A stretch of DNA of 64,000 nt from Chrysomallon squamiferum (Eukaryota; Animalia; Mollusca), in NCBI GenBank assembly GCA_012295275.1, contig CM022679.1:21390001-21454000 (forward strand), written 5' to 3'. The translations under genes and the position numbers were made by a program. This document shows positions 25,291-39,655 of the stretch, piece by piece. The notes under the pieces are model-generated. The model made no database searches. It was not told the origin of the DNA and saw only the letters and a program-made list of their open reading frames with translations. Position 1 is the first letter of the stretch. Each line of letters begins with the position of its first letter.

Positions 25291-28200
25291 ATTAGAAATC
25301 TCGACGAATATGTTGAATAAAAGCTCCTAAAAAGGCCATGGCCAAAAACACCAATGAGAATAACACCATAATGTTCGAGCTTTTAAAACATCAGACAAGA
25401 ACTGAAGAACACGTTTTTAAGTATTCTCGTCTACCCTTTCATTACAGCCCAGTTTACTGTAATTATTCACATAATCAGTGATGGACCTAGGGTGGTCTTT
25501 CAGACTTTCAATATCCCCTCTTATGTCATGTATAGGGGATCTGAACGTTCACCGTCAGTAAGTATTAAGATGAAGGAAATAGGGCGTAAATATCCAGCAT
25601 AGAGTAAAATAACTAGTTTGTGAGTGTTTAATAGTTACTGATAAAGAAAAGATCAGTGTGCTGACCGTGACAATCATAGGTGTAACTTTGAAATCAATCG
25701 TTGTAAATGGTCTTTATGTTATTTCTCGTGACACACACACACACACATTAATGAGATATTATATACACCAATCAACATAATCCCTTACATATATTATTGC
25801 CTACTTGCTGACTTTTTTAATGTCATATTACGAATTTGCTGCTGATTTTATAATGTAATGTTACGGACATGTCTTTTACAAATTCTCCGATCAATGCTCA
25901 ACTGTGTAAATCTACCCCTGTGAAGGTAAATCGCTTTGAGTTCAATACTCCACCTTTATTCACGGTCAACACCATGACCACTTCTTTACAGAACGAATTA
26001 ATAAAATAATGTGAGAACATTCAGTATATAAAATAAAATAAATCTACAAAACATTAACAATGTAACAAGCTTCAAAAGAAACATCAAATTCAGTCACAAC
26101 AGAAAGTTTGTGAAGTGCAGTAAGGTATTTTGACCTTCGCCAATGTTCAACTGACTAATTTAAATAGCAATGGAAAACGACTGCGGAATGTCCGTGTGAA
26201 AAAAAAAGTCACCCGCTGCCAGTCAGCTTAACTCGTACTGGGGCAACATGAATTTGTTTATTCAGATACTGTTTTTAAAACCCCCCAGATGTCTGACGTA
26301 TACTCTGACTTTAAAATACGTTAGATATAGTTATTAATGTCGTTAATTCATATGTCGTGCTTGCTACGTTTGACAAAACTCTAGAATTTTTTTTACCAAA
26401 TTTCTAGAAAAAATTCAAACACGTTAATAAAGAACGATTGCTAACATTATTGTCAGGGAAAGTCGTACAACAAAAATGAATTAACTTAAATGAATTAACG
26501 TCCAATTATATCAGTGTTATAACTTGCCCCGTTAAATCTAAAATGTAGTTTGATGCCAAATAAATCATAATTTTATGAATATTAAGGACAGACGAGATCA
26601 ACATTACTTTGATTACTGCTTAACGAATATTAATATAGCCAGGGAAGAATACGCACATTTTTATTACGCATTATATAACTTAAGCAGTCAAAGAATTAAG
26701 AAAATATTTTCAAAACACATGTAATATTTAAATGATTTCTTAGAAAAACTAACTAAAACAGATGCGGATGATTCCAAGTGATCAGAAAATTCAGTAATAT
26801 TATATTATATTATATTATATTATATTGTATCGTAACGTAACGTATCGTATCGTATATCTATCTCATCACATCACATATCATATCATATCATATCTTATTA
26901 TATTATATTATATTATATTATATTATATTATATTATATTATATTATATTATATTACATTATATTTATTTATTTATTTCTAATTTTAAGTGTGTAACTATT
27001 ATATTAACATGACGACCTTATTTTAAAATTTTCTTAAATTTCTTACTTTTATTTAAACAAATAACTTTTAAATAAACAAATTTTGAAAGTGAAAACACTT
27101 TCAGTTTGAGCAAACATTAAATCTTACTCAAAATACGAACAAGAGATCCTCGCAAGAGCAACACTTACACTAACAACTGATTTTTAAGCGAGAAGAAGGC
27201 TTTAAAAATCAAGTCTTATTAAACCATACTTAACATTCTTGATCAAAATCTAGAAAAGGAAAGCTTTGGTATTTATTCCTTCCTGATTAAAGCAGAATCT
27301 TAAGCTTCCCTGCGGTGACCAATACTAAAACAGAATCGATTTTTTCTCTGAAAAGAATGCTTTGCTTATTTACGAATCATATTTTATTAACCCACACTGT
27401 AGATAAATACTGCATGATTTCTAGCTCGACGGCAAACACCTAAAATCCCCAAGTAATTTTCAAATACTCACCCACTTTCAAGTACACCTCTTCATTTATC
27501 AGCGAAAGCAGAGAGGTTAAGAATAAAACAAATCTCTTTCACGGTTCCATGTCACTGAACACTAAGACCATCCACCCGGGGCAGGAGTGTGTAAGCCTGC
27601 GTGTCGTGTGAGTGAGTGAGTGAGTGAGTGAGTACGTGTGTTTATGTATCGGTGATGACGGTAATTCCACGGCTTTGTGAATTCTCGAATCACCATTGGT
27701 TCCCCCCGCTGATTCACTCAGTCGCCTTCAAATGGTCCCAAAATAGCAAAACGAAAACTGGTTTGAAAGTAGCCGCCGAGTTGCGTTCTGTTTGGTATTG
27801 ATATATTCTGATATTATCGTGCACGGTGATTAAATAGGCGACGCAAGTCGATTGTCAATGCAAGTAAACAGGGTGGGGACGGGTCAGAGAAGAACAAGAA
27901 GAAACTACTGTTGTGAGGTCATCAGCTGCTTTTGAAAGCCTCGTGTCTGATCTGAAGGATCTGTCAGACGTGATGACTGGTGTTAACAATCCATGATCGT
28001 TTAAGTGTATGTTTAAGCTAAACACCACACTGGACTAGACACAGTAAACAGTCAAACACTAGGGGAAAAAATCGTTGCTAATGTTAATCAAGTATCGTGA
28101 CAGTTACTTTCCTGTCTGCTGGAAGGTGTATATAACAGATCTCTTGCTTGCTAATTGACTTCAATAATTCTTGTACGGCGAGGGAAAAAAAGATAAGAAA

Positions 28201-28341
28201 AGTCCAGAAAATAAAAACAAAGAAAGAAACAAACAAACATTATCTGACTGTGACACCTAATTTAAATTAATATTTAAATGTATTAATGTTAAACATACTT
28301 TAATTAATGCGGATGATGTATGTATGTACCTGCCTGTAAGT

Positions 28342-28376
<35 letters not shown>

Positions 28377-28443
28377 CGTGTCTGTTTCTGTGTGTGTCTG
28401 TCTGTCTGTGTGTATGAGTGTATATGTATGTATGTATGTATGT

Positions 28444-28492
<49 letters not shown>

Positions 28493-28928
28493 TGTTTATG
28501 TATATCTATGTATGTGTATGTATTCATAGATATATACGTACATACAACACTCATCTGCTTGAATATTTAATTTCTATATGTATATAAATAGGCAGGTATA
28601 TGTATATGTAAAGGTAGGTACGTAGAGGTAGCTGATGTAGTTGTAGTTGTTATAATTGTTCTTGTTGTTGTTGTTGTCATAGGCATTGTTTTTCATTTCT
28701 TCATTGATGACATTTTTTTAGATCAACATAAAGTTTAAATCTTTGACAAAAAATAATGATAAAAATAATAAATAAATAATAATAACAAATAAATAAATAA
28801 ATACATTTTTATTTTAAAAGAAAAAAAAAGAAAGATGGAAGAAAGAAAAAAAAAAAAAAGATTGCTACGAAAATAAACCTATTAAATTAACAAACGTAAA
28901 TGATCCACGGAATATTTTAAAAATATTA

Positions 28929-28987
<59 letters not shown>

Positions 28988-30143
28988 TGAATTTGAATTT
29001 GAAAGGTTTAAATCTGGTAAGACCACTTAGTACAATTTTTATTAATTTATCAATTTATTTATTTTTATTTTTGTAATCTACAATTTTTTTTTTTTTTTAA
29101 TTGGCGCGCATTGTTTGCCTCTCTGTGACTTTGTCTACGTCAAACTTGGAAATTACGTAATTTGGCGGTTGACTTGAAAAGTTCAAAAACTTCTTGCCGT
29201 CTGCTAATTGAATGAAAATGTTAAAAAGAAATTTGTTGTTTTTTCTTCTGGTAAGTATATATAATCAAGTAAAATTTCTCATATAAAATCTAGAAATAAG
29301 CTATCAATGAATTCTTTTATAAAATTTCACAAGAGATAATTAGTAGAATATTAAAAAGGAAATTTGTAAATATTATTATTGCAGTTACTACTATTATTCT
29401 TTGTTTTTCTTCCTGTTCAGCTTCTTCATAATCTTTTTATTTTCCTTCTTTTATTTTTTCTCTTTCTTTATTATTAATATATATTTTTTTAAAATATTAA
29501 TTCAAAATGTTAATATAATTCATTGCGCATGCGTAACACATTGTCAGACGTTTTGAGATGCATTTGAAAGGCTTAAAGGAAGCAAAATCACTGAATAAAA
29601 TTTATATAACTAAATTTTTTATTTATTTATTTATTTTTTTAATTTTATTTTTTATTTATTTATTTATTTATTTATTATTATTTTTATTATTATTATTATT
29701 ATTTTATTAATTTGAATTTGAAAGGTTTACAGTTGGTAAGACCACTTAGTACATTTTTTTTTTTTTTAGTTTATTAATTTATTTATTTAATATTTTTGGA
29801 ATTTACAAAATTTGTATAAATATTTTTCACTTTTGGCGCGCACGTCTTTGCCGCTGTATGACTTTGTCTACGTCAGACTTTGAATTTACGTAATCTGCCG
29901 GTTGACTTGAAACGTTCTAAACGGCTTGCAGTCTGCTAATTGTATGAAAATATTAAAAAGAAATTTCTAGTTGTTTTTCTTCTGGTAAGTATATAAAATC
30001 ATTTAAAACGTCGGATATGAAAGCCAGAAATAAGTTATCAATGAATTATTTTATAAATGAAAATTTCACAAGTGATAATTAGTAGACTATGCACAATTGA
30101 CAATAAAATTTGTAAATTTTATTACTGCAGCTACTACTACTAT

Positions 30144-30181
<38 letters not shown>

Positions 30182-30665
30182 ACTTTGTTTTTCTTTCTCC
30201 TCAGCTTCTTCTTCATAATTTTTTTTGTTTATCTCTTTTTTTATTATTATTTAAAAAATATATTAATTCAGACTTTTGATATAATTCATTGCGCATGCGT
30301 AACACCTTGTCAAAAATTTGCACATATATTTGAAAGGCTTAAAGGAAGCAAAACCACTGAATAAAATTTATGCAACTAAATTATTTATTTTATTTTATTT
30401 TGTTTTGTTTTAATTTCTTTTTTTAATTGTTTTAATTTTTTTTTTTTTTTTTTATTTTTTTGCTACTGCTCCCACTACTACCATTCTTCGTTTTTCTTTA
30501 TCTTCTGCTTCTTCTTCGTAATCTTTTTTTTTCTTCTATTTTATCTCTTTTTCTCGCTGTAATTTGTATAACTAAATTATTATTTTTAGTTATTTATTTA
30601 TTATTTATTTGTTTTTATATTGTGAAATTACTTTTTTTTTTATTCACATATTTTTATCATCATCA

Positions 30666-30718
<53 letters not shown>

Positions 30719-30945
30719 TTAGCCGCCCAAGTGTTTGCCGCTCTATGACGTTGTCAACTGAAATGACGTAATTTGGCGGTTGATTTGAAAATTCTGCTAA
30801 CTGTACCAAAGTATTAGAAAGAAATTTGTGTAGACAACTGACATGTTGTCGTTGTTCTTCTTCTTGGTAAGTATAAAACGATTATTTTAAAATGTCCTGT
30901 ATAACCACTAGAAATATGCAATCAATGAATTCATTTATAACTTAA
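28988..30945 (+). repeat. Tandem segmental triplication (two ~620-670-bp copies plus one partial copy)
   Basis: Colinear shared blocks at about 28988-29612, 29712-30382 and 30721-30945 (ttacgtaatttggcggttga; tctgctaa; ttct(t)ggtaagtat; atcaatgaatt; copies 1-2 also cattgcgcatgcgtaacac and aaaggcttaaaggaagcaaaa). Confidence 0.9.
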
Positions 30946-30974
30946 TTTTCATATTCCAAGAAGAATAACAACAA

Positions 30975-31017
<43 letters not shown>

Positions 31018-31799
31018 ATATACACTACATTATATAAAGTAAGCAGTAATGAAATGATGACAATGTTTTATTGTTTTTCAGTGGCAGCCAGAACCTTGTG
31101 TCTGACATTTAGTCCATGCATGATGAGAGAATCCACTAACACTCTGCCTCGTTCATTGTGGACAGAAACAGTTTATAACAGATATCTAGCAGAAAACAAA
31201 AACATAAAAATGAATTAATTAACTGACTACCGTTATAAGAATACCATGAACTAATTCTCGTGTTGTTTATTCTCAGGTAAAAGTAATGGCTATGAAAAGT
31301 GACATTTTATAATTTTCCAATTTTTTTTTTTTTTTCAGTTTTATTTTATTATATTTTATATCACGTGTTACAACATATTACATAGAATTACATTATTTCT
31401 TCAGCTAATTATTTATGTTTGCCTACAGGCACGGTCATATCTGCCTCACATCTTACATCCTTTGATATCCATGTTTAATTCTTCTAAATATTGTTGTTAT
31501 GTGTCTAGACTAAACTGTCATACAGACAAAAGATTTTGAAATTTGTTGGATTTCAGTGAATTTCTTCAAGAATTAACTTCATTTAGCGATCGGCCTTTCT
31601 GTAATTTATATATATATATATATATAAACTTTGAAGAAAAAAAGAAAAAAAACTATATATATATTCAAATTTTATTTTGGTTTTTCTTACACCGACTACG
31701 GGTTTAGAAAATTTAACATGAATTCAGTTCAGAAGACAGACTGATGTTCTACACTTCTTGTCCCACCCGTCTTGTCCAGACGCTCCTTCACGGATATCT

Positions 31800-32520
31800 C
31801 AGACAGCTTGGAAACGAAAAGCTGTTTTGTGACGATTGACTGTCAGTCTCCAGTCTCAACCCGAACTTGTCGCTAGCAGCTCGCACACAAAAAGCCAAAA
31901 CTTCATCTCGTCTACAAATCGAATTCTGCTTGAAACCGAGCATCCTCCTGCATAGTGTTCCATTACTTTCTCTTCTAACCTTGAAAGAAATAATTTACAC
32001 GTCTTCATTTGCACTTTCTTACTTCATTTACTTAGTTTTTTTTACTTTTGTTTTCTCTCTATCTCCATATAAAATGCATTTATGATAATAATAATAATAA
32101 CAGTAATGACGACGACGATGATAGTCATCGTCATAATACACGTAATTATCTGTCTAAGTTTCCTAATCTCTTTCTGTTTTCTGGCGACATAGGAGCTAAG
32201 TCTTTGCAGAGACAGACCATTGATGGCGAATCTTTTCAAACTGGCGTGTCGATTTTTAATTTTTTTTATTATGATTATTATTATTTTTTAAAATCATTCC
32301 AAACAGCGTCAAGATCAGGTAAGGATCTGAAGTCTGTTTGGAATGACTGACTTAGCCAGTCTCAGGTCTTAACCGAACATTTCAAGTTGTTCTTGAAACC
32401 AAACTTCCACAATGTTTAAAGCTGCATTATTTTTCTTCTACTCTTGATAGAAATAATTAATTAATACTGTCGCACTTTGTTATTCATTCATTATCTTTTT
32501 TGTTTTGTTTTGTTTTCATT
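31800..32520. repeat. Degenerate direct duplication (~31800-32050 vs ~32300-32520)
   Basis: Colinear shared blocks tgactg..ccagtctca..ccgaac, cttgaaacc and cttga.agaaataatt..gcacttt. Confidence 0.55.
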
Positions 32521-32763
32521 TGTATGTACACAGACATATGGATAGATAGATATATAGATATACTTATAACAATAATAACAATGAGGATGATGTTATCACA
32601 CATATCTGTGATATATATATATCAAAATTATAAATAAATAATAATAATAATAATAATAAAATAGAGAAAACTGTTTACAGAGACTACTTTTTCGCCTGAC
32701 GTGCCGAAAGTTTCTTCTTCCTCCTCTTCTTTTTGTTTTTCATTTCAAAACCAAATTTCATAT

Positions 32764-32794
<31 letters not shown>

Positions 32795-33280
32795 TTATTA
32801 CGTATGACACACATAATAAAGATAAGTGGATATCCACTGCATGGTATCTCGCAAATTAACTATCAATCTTTTTTTATCTCAGCAGAACATAGTCGTAACG
32901 GTGCTGCTGTTCTGTATAAATAAATCACTTTCTATTTCTGTGTTCAACTAATCGTCATAAATTTGACGTAACTAATAGTTTGCCTCTTGCGAATTCAATT
33001 CCTTCATCTTCGTGTGGGAAATGTGCATCTTATCTTTGGACTGGACAAAAACACGCAACTCCCTCCTCCCAAGCCCTCTACCCTCAGTTTTTGGTTTTGC
33101 TTTTTCCTGGTATTTATGTCATTTCTGTAATATATCGTTAATAAATATAAACCAAAAAAAATACACACAAATAAATGGGACAGAAAAACCTGTAAAAATA
33201 TAGAAAGCATTTATTTATATATTTTTATTTTTTGTTAATGGTATTGGCATTAGTATTTATTTATTTGTTTCTTTGCTGGT

Positions 33281-33327
<47 letters not shown>

Positions 33328-33801
33328 TTATTGTTTTGAGATCATCTTTTATTTATATACATTATAAAATTCTGTTGTAGTTCTTAATAGTATCTAGGAA
33401 TTTTATAATGAGATTGTTTGTAGTATATAGTGCTACAGCCACTTTCAAAAATGTTTAAATTAATTTTTTCTCATACACTGTACAAAAATAAAAGGACATT
33501 GACACAGAATGTTAATATTAATAGTAAATACGTTTATTTCATGTTTTTAATTTTTTATTAATATTTTAAAAAAAATTTGAAGTACTGTGCTGAATTTCCA
33601 GATACGCTTTTCGCGGTCATGTGACTGTCAAATTAAAATGTTTTATCTTCTAAACGAGTGATACGATATACGTATCCAGTTGTATTAAGTATCTTATTTT
33701 AACTTATAAAATACATTTAACTGTAAATATAGGCTTGATTTTTTATGAACTAAATTAATTTCACATCAAAATGTACGAACAGGTTTGAAGATTCTTTTTA
33801 A

Positions 33802-33864
<63 letters not shown>

Positions 33865-34575
33865 TGTTATTACTGTTGTTGTTGTTTTGTTCCACTGGTA
33901 CTATTAAGAAATATTTAGCTGTTAGTTCGACAAATGAATGTAAAATTTGACGGTTAAATTAAATAATAACATGCAAATTGTTAAATAATTTTTATCAAAC
34001 TGTAATTATTATGTACATTATAGTTAAATGTTTTCATTATTGTTGTTGTTTTTTCGCAATTGCTATTCTTTTTCTTATATTATAAAATATGTATTTTATT
34101 GTTAGTTGTTAATAAAAAAATAAATAAACATGATTTTCAAAATTATTTCAAACTGTTTATGTATATATTATTATACCTAAAATTTATTGATTATGATAAA
34201 TGACTATACATTTTCTGAACTATACTACTATTTTAATTAATTAATAAATCTTTTCCTTTGTACTGAGAATTTGTTAAAATATTTTGACGCTTGTCGAAAG
34301 TGATAAATATTAATATAATATTTATAAGCTAAGAAAACATGAAACGTTCGATGTGTTTTCTAACAACAAAAAAAATTAAACATTTTCGTTGTTATCTGAA
34401 ATGTCATCATCACAGACAGTAAAATTGTATTAAGTAAGAATATCTGTATGAATCTGTGTGTGCTTGTTTTGTGCGTGTTAAGGACATCCACATCTACAGT
34501 GAAACACAAAATTTGTATGCTATTATTATTATTATTATTATTACTGTTGTTATGATTATTGTTGTTGATTCTCAG

Positions 34576-34694
<119 letters not shown>

Positions 34695-35228
34695 TGTGTG
34701 TGGATTTTCATTTGTTATGGCCAAGAACAAAGACTTAAATTCATAACAATTTTATTTCAAATAAATAATTCAAAATATATTTTCGCCAGTGTTTCTAATA
34801 TTGCTGTACACAAATGACCAGAATAAACTGAATAATGTCCACATTTTAAGAGATCACTTACGTAATAATTATTAGCGACATCAAGTTTATATTTACCGTA
34901 TTTATTCTTGTATAAGTCTCATCATGAGCATACGTTAATTCATTTATAACTATATACAAACATATATACATACATACATGACAAAGCAGAATATAGAAAT
35001 TTAACATAACACAAAAACACGCATATACAACATTTTTTTTAAACAAAAACTGCTTATATAAACTGTTTATCTTACACATGGAATTCTGCACGAAATAATT
35101 TCACCTAATTCATTCTGGATTTTCTTTCTTTTTCAATAATAATAATAATAATAAATAATAATAAATAATAATAAATAATAATAATAATAAAAATTAAAAA
35201 TAAAAATAATTATAATAATAAAAATAAA

Positions 35229-35287
<59 letters not shown>

Positions 35288-35369
35288 CAATAATAATAAT
35301 AATAATGATAATAATTAGTATATAACGTCAGTTTAATGTTTTGGTCTTTCATCATGGTAAGTTTCAAGT

Positions 35370-35512
35370 TTATTCAAGAAGACCAGTGTGTTTGAGATCG
35401 CTATACAAAGAAGATTTCTGTGTTTCTGATAACGGGACCAATGGAAGACGGACGGGCCCAAGGTCAATGCCCTGGTACTTGAGAATCGCCTTCGATGCGG
35501 CAATGGTTTCTT
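35370..35512 (-). CDS. NPL: NPL last exon (KETIAASKAILKYQGIDLGPVRLPLVPL...GLLE*)
   Basis: ttccag|AA acceptor. KA...GIDLGPVRLPL is the family C-terminal motif. TAA at 35372-35370. Spliced CDS is 915 nt = 304 aa. Confidence 0.93.
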
Positions 35513-35766
35513 CTGGAAGTAAATAATTAGTTTAAACATTATATTTTGTTTAGATGAAAAAACTAATAATAATAATAAAGTAAGCGTTTCTTTTTGCAGC
35601 GAAATACTTTTATGTGCCATGATGGTTGAATTAATTGTTACACATTTGTAGGTAATAATAATAATAATGATAGAAATAGTAGTAATAATAATAATAATAA
35701 TAATAATAATGCATGTAACAATAATGGTAACGTGTGTGTGTGTGTGTGTGTGAGAGAAAACGAGAG

Positions 35767-35819
<53 letters not shown>

Positions 35820-35899
35820 ACGTCAAGGTTAAAGTACGCATTCTAGTCGTGTTAGCACTTCAGAGTAAGAATAATATAAAAACAGTTTTAATTTCTTAC

Positions 35900-35939
35900 T
35901 ATATTTTCTCCGTATTTTACATATCTTGCGAGTAAACAT
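35900..35939 (-). CDS. NPL: NPL exon 10 (MFTRKICKIRRKY)
   Basis: tttttcag|ATG acceptor and A|gtaaga donor. This 40-nt exon supplies the phase 0 to 1 bridge required between exons 9 and 11. Confidence 0.8.
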
Positions 35940-36234
35940 CTGAAAAACAGTACATAAAACTTTCATCTTTTACGATTTATTTATGTGTTTATGTTTCTAT
36001 GTATTTACATATATATAATCTCTGTATGTATTGTATCTACGTAGGTATGTGTGTATGAATATATGTATATATATATGTGTGTGTATGCATGTATATATGC
36101 ATGGATGTCTATGTTGTATGTGTATGTATGAGTGCATGTTTGTATGTCTCTGTGTATGTGTGTGTGTGTGTGTGAATGTACGAATGTATTTAAATATATA
36201 CGTGCATATATATGCATGTTTGACGAGCTTGCGA

Positions 36235-36361
36235 TGTTTTAAGATTGCGCAGCACAATCTGTACATCAGTATCGACTTTAATGTAATTTCGTAAAACGCG
36301 TGATTTCGAGATTGTGGCGCAATCACACGATCGTAAGAATGCGCAGCGCAGTCTTAAAACA
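36235..36361. mobile_element. MITE-like palindromic element in an NPL intron
   Basis: 26-bp terminal inverted repeats with 22/26 match (tgttttaagattgcgcagcacaatct versus the reverse complement of agaatgcgcagcgcagtcttaaaaca), plus a third internal copy agattgtggcgcaatc. Confidence 0.55.
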
Positions 36362-36390
36362 GTTTGAAGTTAACTTTGTTATTTAGCTAC

Positions 36391-36516
36391 CTGCTCCTTC
36401 CTGGCAGTTTCCAAATCGCCGGACAGAAAAGCTTCACGAAGTCTGTAGAAGCACGGACTCACGTAGCTGTTCAGAACTGGTACCTCAATACCCAGAGACA
36501 ACGCCGAGAGAAATTG
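36391..36516 (-). CDS. NPL: NPL exon 9 (QFLSALSLGIEVPVLNSYVSPCFYRLREAFLSGDLETARKEQ)
   Basis: tcag|CAA acceptor and CAG|gtagct donor. GDLETARxxQ helix motif. Confidence 0.9.
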
Positions 36517-36687
36517 CTGAGTCAGAAAATGTAGTAAAACTTTGGATAATTAATATTTGTTTTATATGTGACGATTCAGACTTCATCATAGTTGTATAAA
36601 AGACTAGAATTGTATTTATACTGAAGGCATTCAGCCGCGGAATAAATGGAAAGTACAATATGATGTGACAGGATGGTTTACAGGAAG

Positions 36688-36813
<126 letters not shown>

Positions 36814-37256
36814 AACTGGCTGATAGCTAGCCAGCTAAATAGATAGATGTATAAACAGACAGTTAAATAGACAGATAGATAAATAGATAGCTAGTGTGAC
36901 AGACAGACAGTCAGACAGATAAAAAGATAGACCGATAGACAGACACACAGACAGAAAAAGATCGACAAACAGAAGCGAAAGAAAAAATGAAAAGAGACTA
37001 TAACTATGCACGGAATGACTATATCAGGAGTAAGCTAAATATTAACCACAGTAAAACCAGCTGATTATTAGTATTTTAAATATTATATTTTATTGTTAGA
37101 TTTTTTAGTCGCCTGTACAAACTGTGAATAAGATAATTTTAAATATAATATGCTGTGCAGGGCCTGCAATGCATTTATATATATATGATAGCAGATAGAA
37201 TATAAACTTGTTTTTATACAAACACACACACACACACACACACACATCATATTTAC

Positions 37257-37402
37257 ATCATCGGTTCCAATCATGATTTGGAAACGTCCGTCCATGCAGT
37301 GTGCCTGGTCAAAAATATCTTGAAGTTCCATCGATGAACATTTGACACCTCTGAGCGTAGGAATACGTAGACTGGCTTGTTCCAGAAACTCGCTGACGTT
37401 CA
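37257..37402 (-). CDS. NPL: NPL exon 8 (LNVSEFLEQASLRIPTLRGVKCSS...MIGTDD)
   Basis: ttcag|TG acceptor and GAT|gtaaat donor. GVKCS contains the Schiff-base Lys, followed by a GxD motif. Confidence 0.93.
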
Positions 37403-37477
37403 CTGAAATAAAGAAAGAATGGTACCACCAGTCGGAATCCGCACGAACGCAAACGGTCTACAGAAAACCAGCGAGAT

Positions 37478-37526
37478 GAGGAAGAGATGGACTAGGAAGA
37501 GATGGACTAGGAAGAGATGGACTAGG
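37478..37526. repeat. 16-bp tandem repeat x3
   Basis: ggaagagatggacta(g) repeated three times. Confidence 0.9.
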
Positions 37527-38122
37527 GCAAAACGGGAAGATGCGGAAACAACATGCTAAGACTTTCGCCGAAAATACAGCTGCGTATTGATAATTATCAC
37601 AGACAACCAGGTGACAATTACTTCGTATGCGTCACAGCTTTTCTAAAATATATTTTTTGTTTTTTGGTTCTGAATTTATTTATTTATTTATTATTTTAGT
37701 TGTATGTCTAAGTATGAGTGAGAGAGAGAGAGAGTTACACAATCCAACTGACAGAGAGAAAACAGACTGACAGATATATAAATAAAGATATAAAAAAAAC
37801 CCAGGTAGATAGATAGATACATCGAAAGAAAGACAACCAGACCAATCTAGATATATACATACAGACAGACAAGAAGGTAAACAGAGAGTTGGACAGACAG
37901 AGAGAGATAAAGAAACAGACATACATACAGGTAAGCACTAAACAGGTAGATAGAGGAACTGATGGACAAACAACGAGACAGACTTTATGTTCTCATATAA
38001 ACCTATATCGGTAAATAAATAAACATACAGTATATTCATGGTAATCAAAAACCTTATTTTTTTTTTTTTTTTTTTTTAAAAAAGAGATGTTTCAAACTGT
38101 TTTCCATACAGCTCTTACTTAC

Positions 38123-38215
38123 AGTACAAGCCGGTCATGAAGTTGATGTCGTAGTAGTAAAACGGAATGTCTGGTGCCGACGCAGCCACGTTTTCCATAT
38201 AACTTACCAAAGCAT
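38123..38215 (-). CDS. NPL: NPL exon 7 (DALVSYMENVAASAPDIPFYYYDINFMTGLY)
   Basis: ttcag|AT acceptor and T|gtaagt donor. PFYYY carries the catalytic Tyr. Confidence 0.93.
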
Positions 38216-38249
38216 CTGAAAGAAAATAGTAACTACAGCAGCAGCAGCG

Positions 38250-38287
<38 letters not shown>

Positions 38288-38950
38288 AATAATAATAATA
38301 GTAATTATAATAATAATAATAAGAAGAATAAGTAGGATGATGATGATGATAACAATAATAACAGTAAATAATAATAATAATAGTAATGACGATTATGATG
38401 ATGATAATAATAATAATAATAGTAATAATATAATAACAACAACAACAACAATAATAACAATAACAGTAATAATGATGATAATTATGATAATAGAAATGTC
38501 AACGATGATGATGTTTATGATGATAATAACAATAATAACCATGAATAATTATAATAATAATAATAATAATAATAACAGAAACTAATATGGCTGCCCAAGC
38601 AAACGTGATCACTATGATTTAAATTAAATTATTCACAAACGTAACAAAAGTCAGTTCATCAAAAACGTAACATAATTATTTTCATTGCAAAAGTAGCGTA
38701 AATATTTTCTAATTCAAAGCTGATGAAGACATTTTCACTGCACATGTTTCGTTAGTAATTATTTTAGCTGAAAAAAACACACGTCTGTCTTTAAATCGTT
38801 TACGATAACGCCACATATCATTTCGACAATTTTATTGTATTTCACAGTAATAAAGTCACCATATTATTGTTCTCTGGGATCATATTTTAAATTTTTATTA
38901 CTGATCTGCAGGATATGGTAATAAAAATCATATAAAAGCAATCGCCTTAC

Positions 38951-39026
38951 CAACTGTCAGAGGTTTGAAATAGGAAGGTGAAAAACATGCAATGGCGGAC
39001 GCTCCGAATTTCTGTGCATGCTGCGC
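38951..39026 (-). CDS. NPL: NPL exon 6 (AQHAQKFGASAIACFSPSYFKPLTV)
   Basis: ttag|GCG acceptor and G|gtaagg donor. AxHA..GAxAI...PxYFKP motif. Confidence 0.93.
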
Positions 39027-39619
39027 CTAAAGAAATATATACACACACATAAACACATAATACAATAATTAACAAAAAAAAGTTTCTTTAAAGTTTGTTT
39101 AAAAGAAGCTGTTGGAAAATTCCTTATTATTTTTTATCGTAATACTGATATTTTATTAAAAAGTTAACGTTGTTGGAAGGAAAATAACTAATTTAATTTT
39201 AGATAATTTTTATAATAATATTAGTATTATTCTATTTGAGCATGTCAAAGTTTTATCAGACTGAGTACTCGATTCAGAAAAGGCAAACGCTGACTGTAAT
39301 TTTGAAGAACTTTGGGGTTGAGTACAAGCAGTTGTGACATTTAATTGGTTTTAAGATATATATTACACACAGTTTTGTTTTTAAAAGTTATTACTCGTTA
39401 TCTAATTAAAACAGATCCGCGTGCTCTTCGCTCGGTGTGTGTTTCTACTAATCAGGTTACTTAAATAATTACCATGTCATAAATTCGGTGAAATTGTCGC
39501 AGATTTAATTGTATTTGGTGTCGTCTCTGCCCTTCATTGCTAATTAAATTGTACTTTACAGAGAGTTAGAGTTGTAGGTTAGTGGTTGGAGCATTAATTC
39601 TCTGCCTATCGCAAGGTAT

Positions 39620-39655
<36 letters not shown>

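Noticed and set aside
31048-31110. Possible C/D box snoRNA (ATGATGA...CTGA with a 4-bp AATG/CATT stem)
   Set aside because: Only ~60 nt, with no recognisable rRNA-complementary guide or C'/D' boxes. Such motifs are expected by chance in AT-rich DNA.
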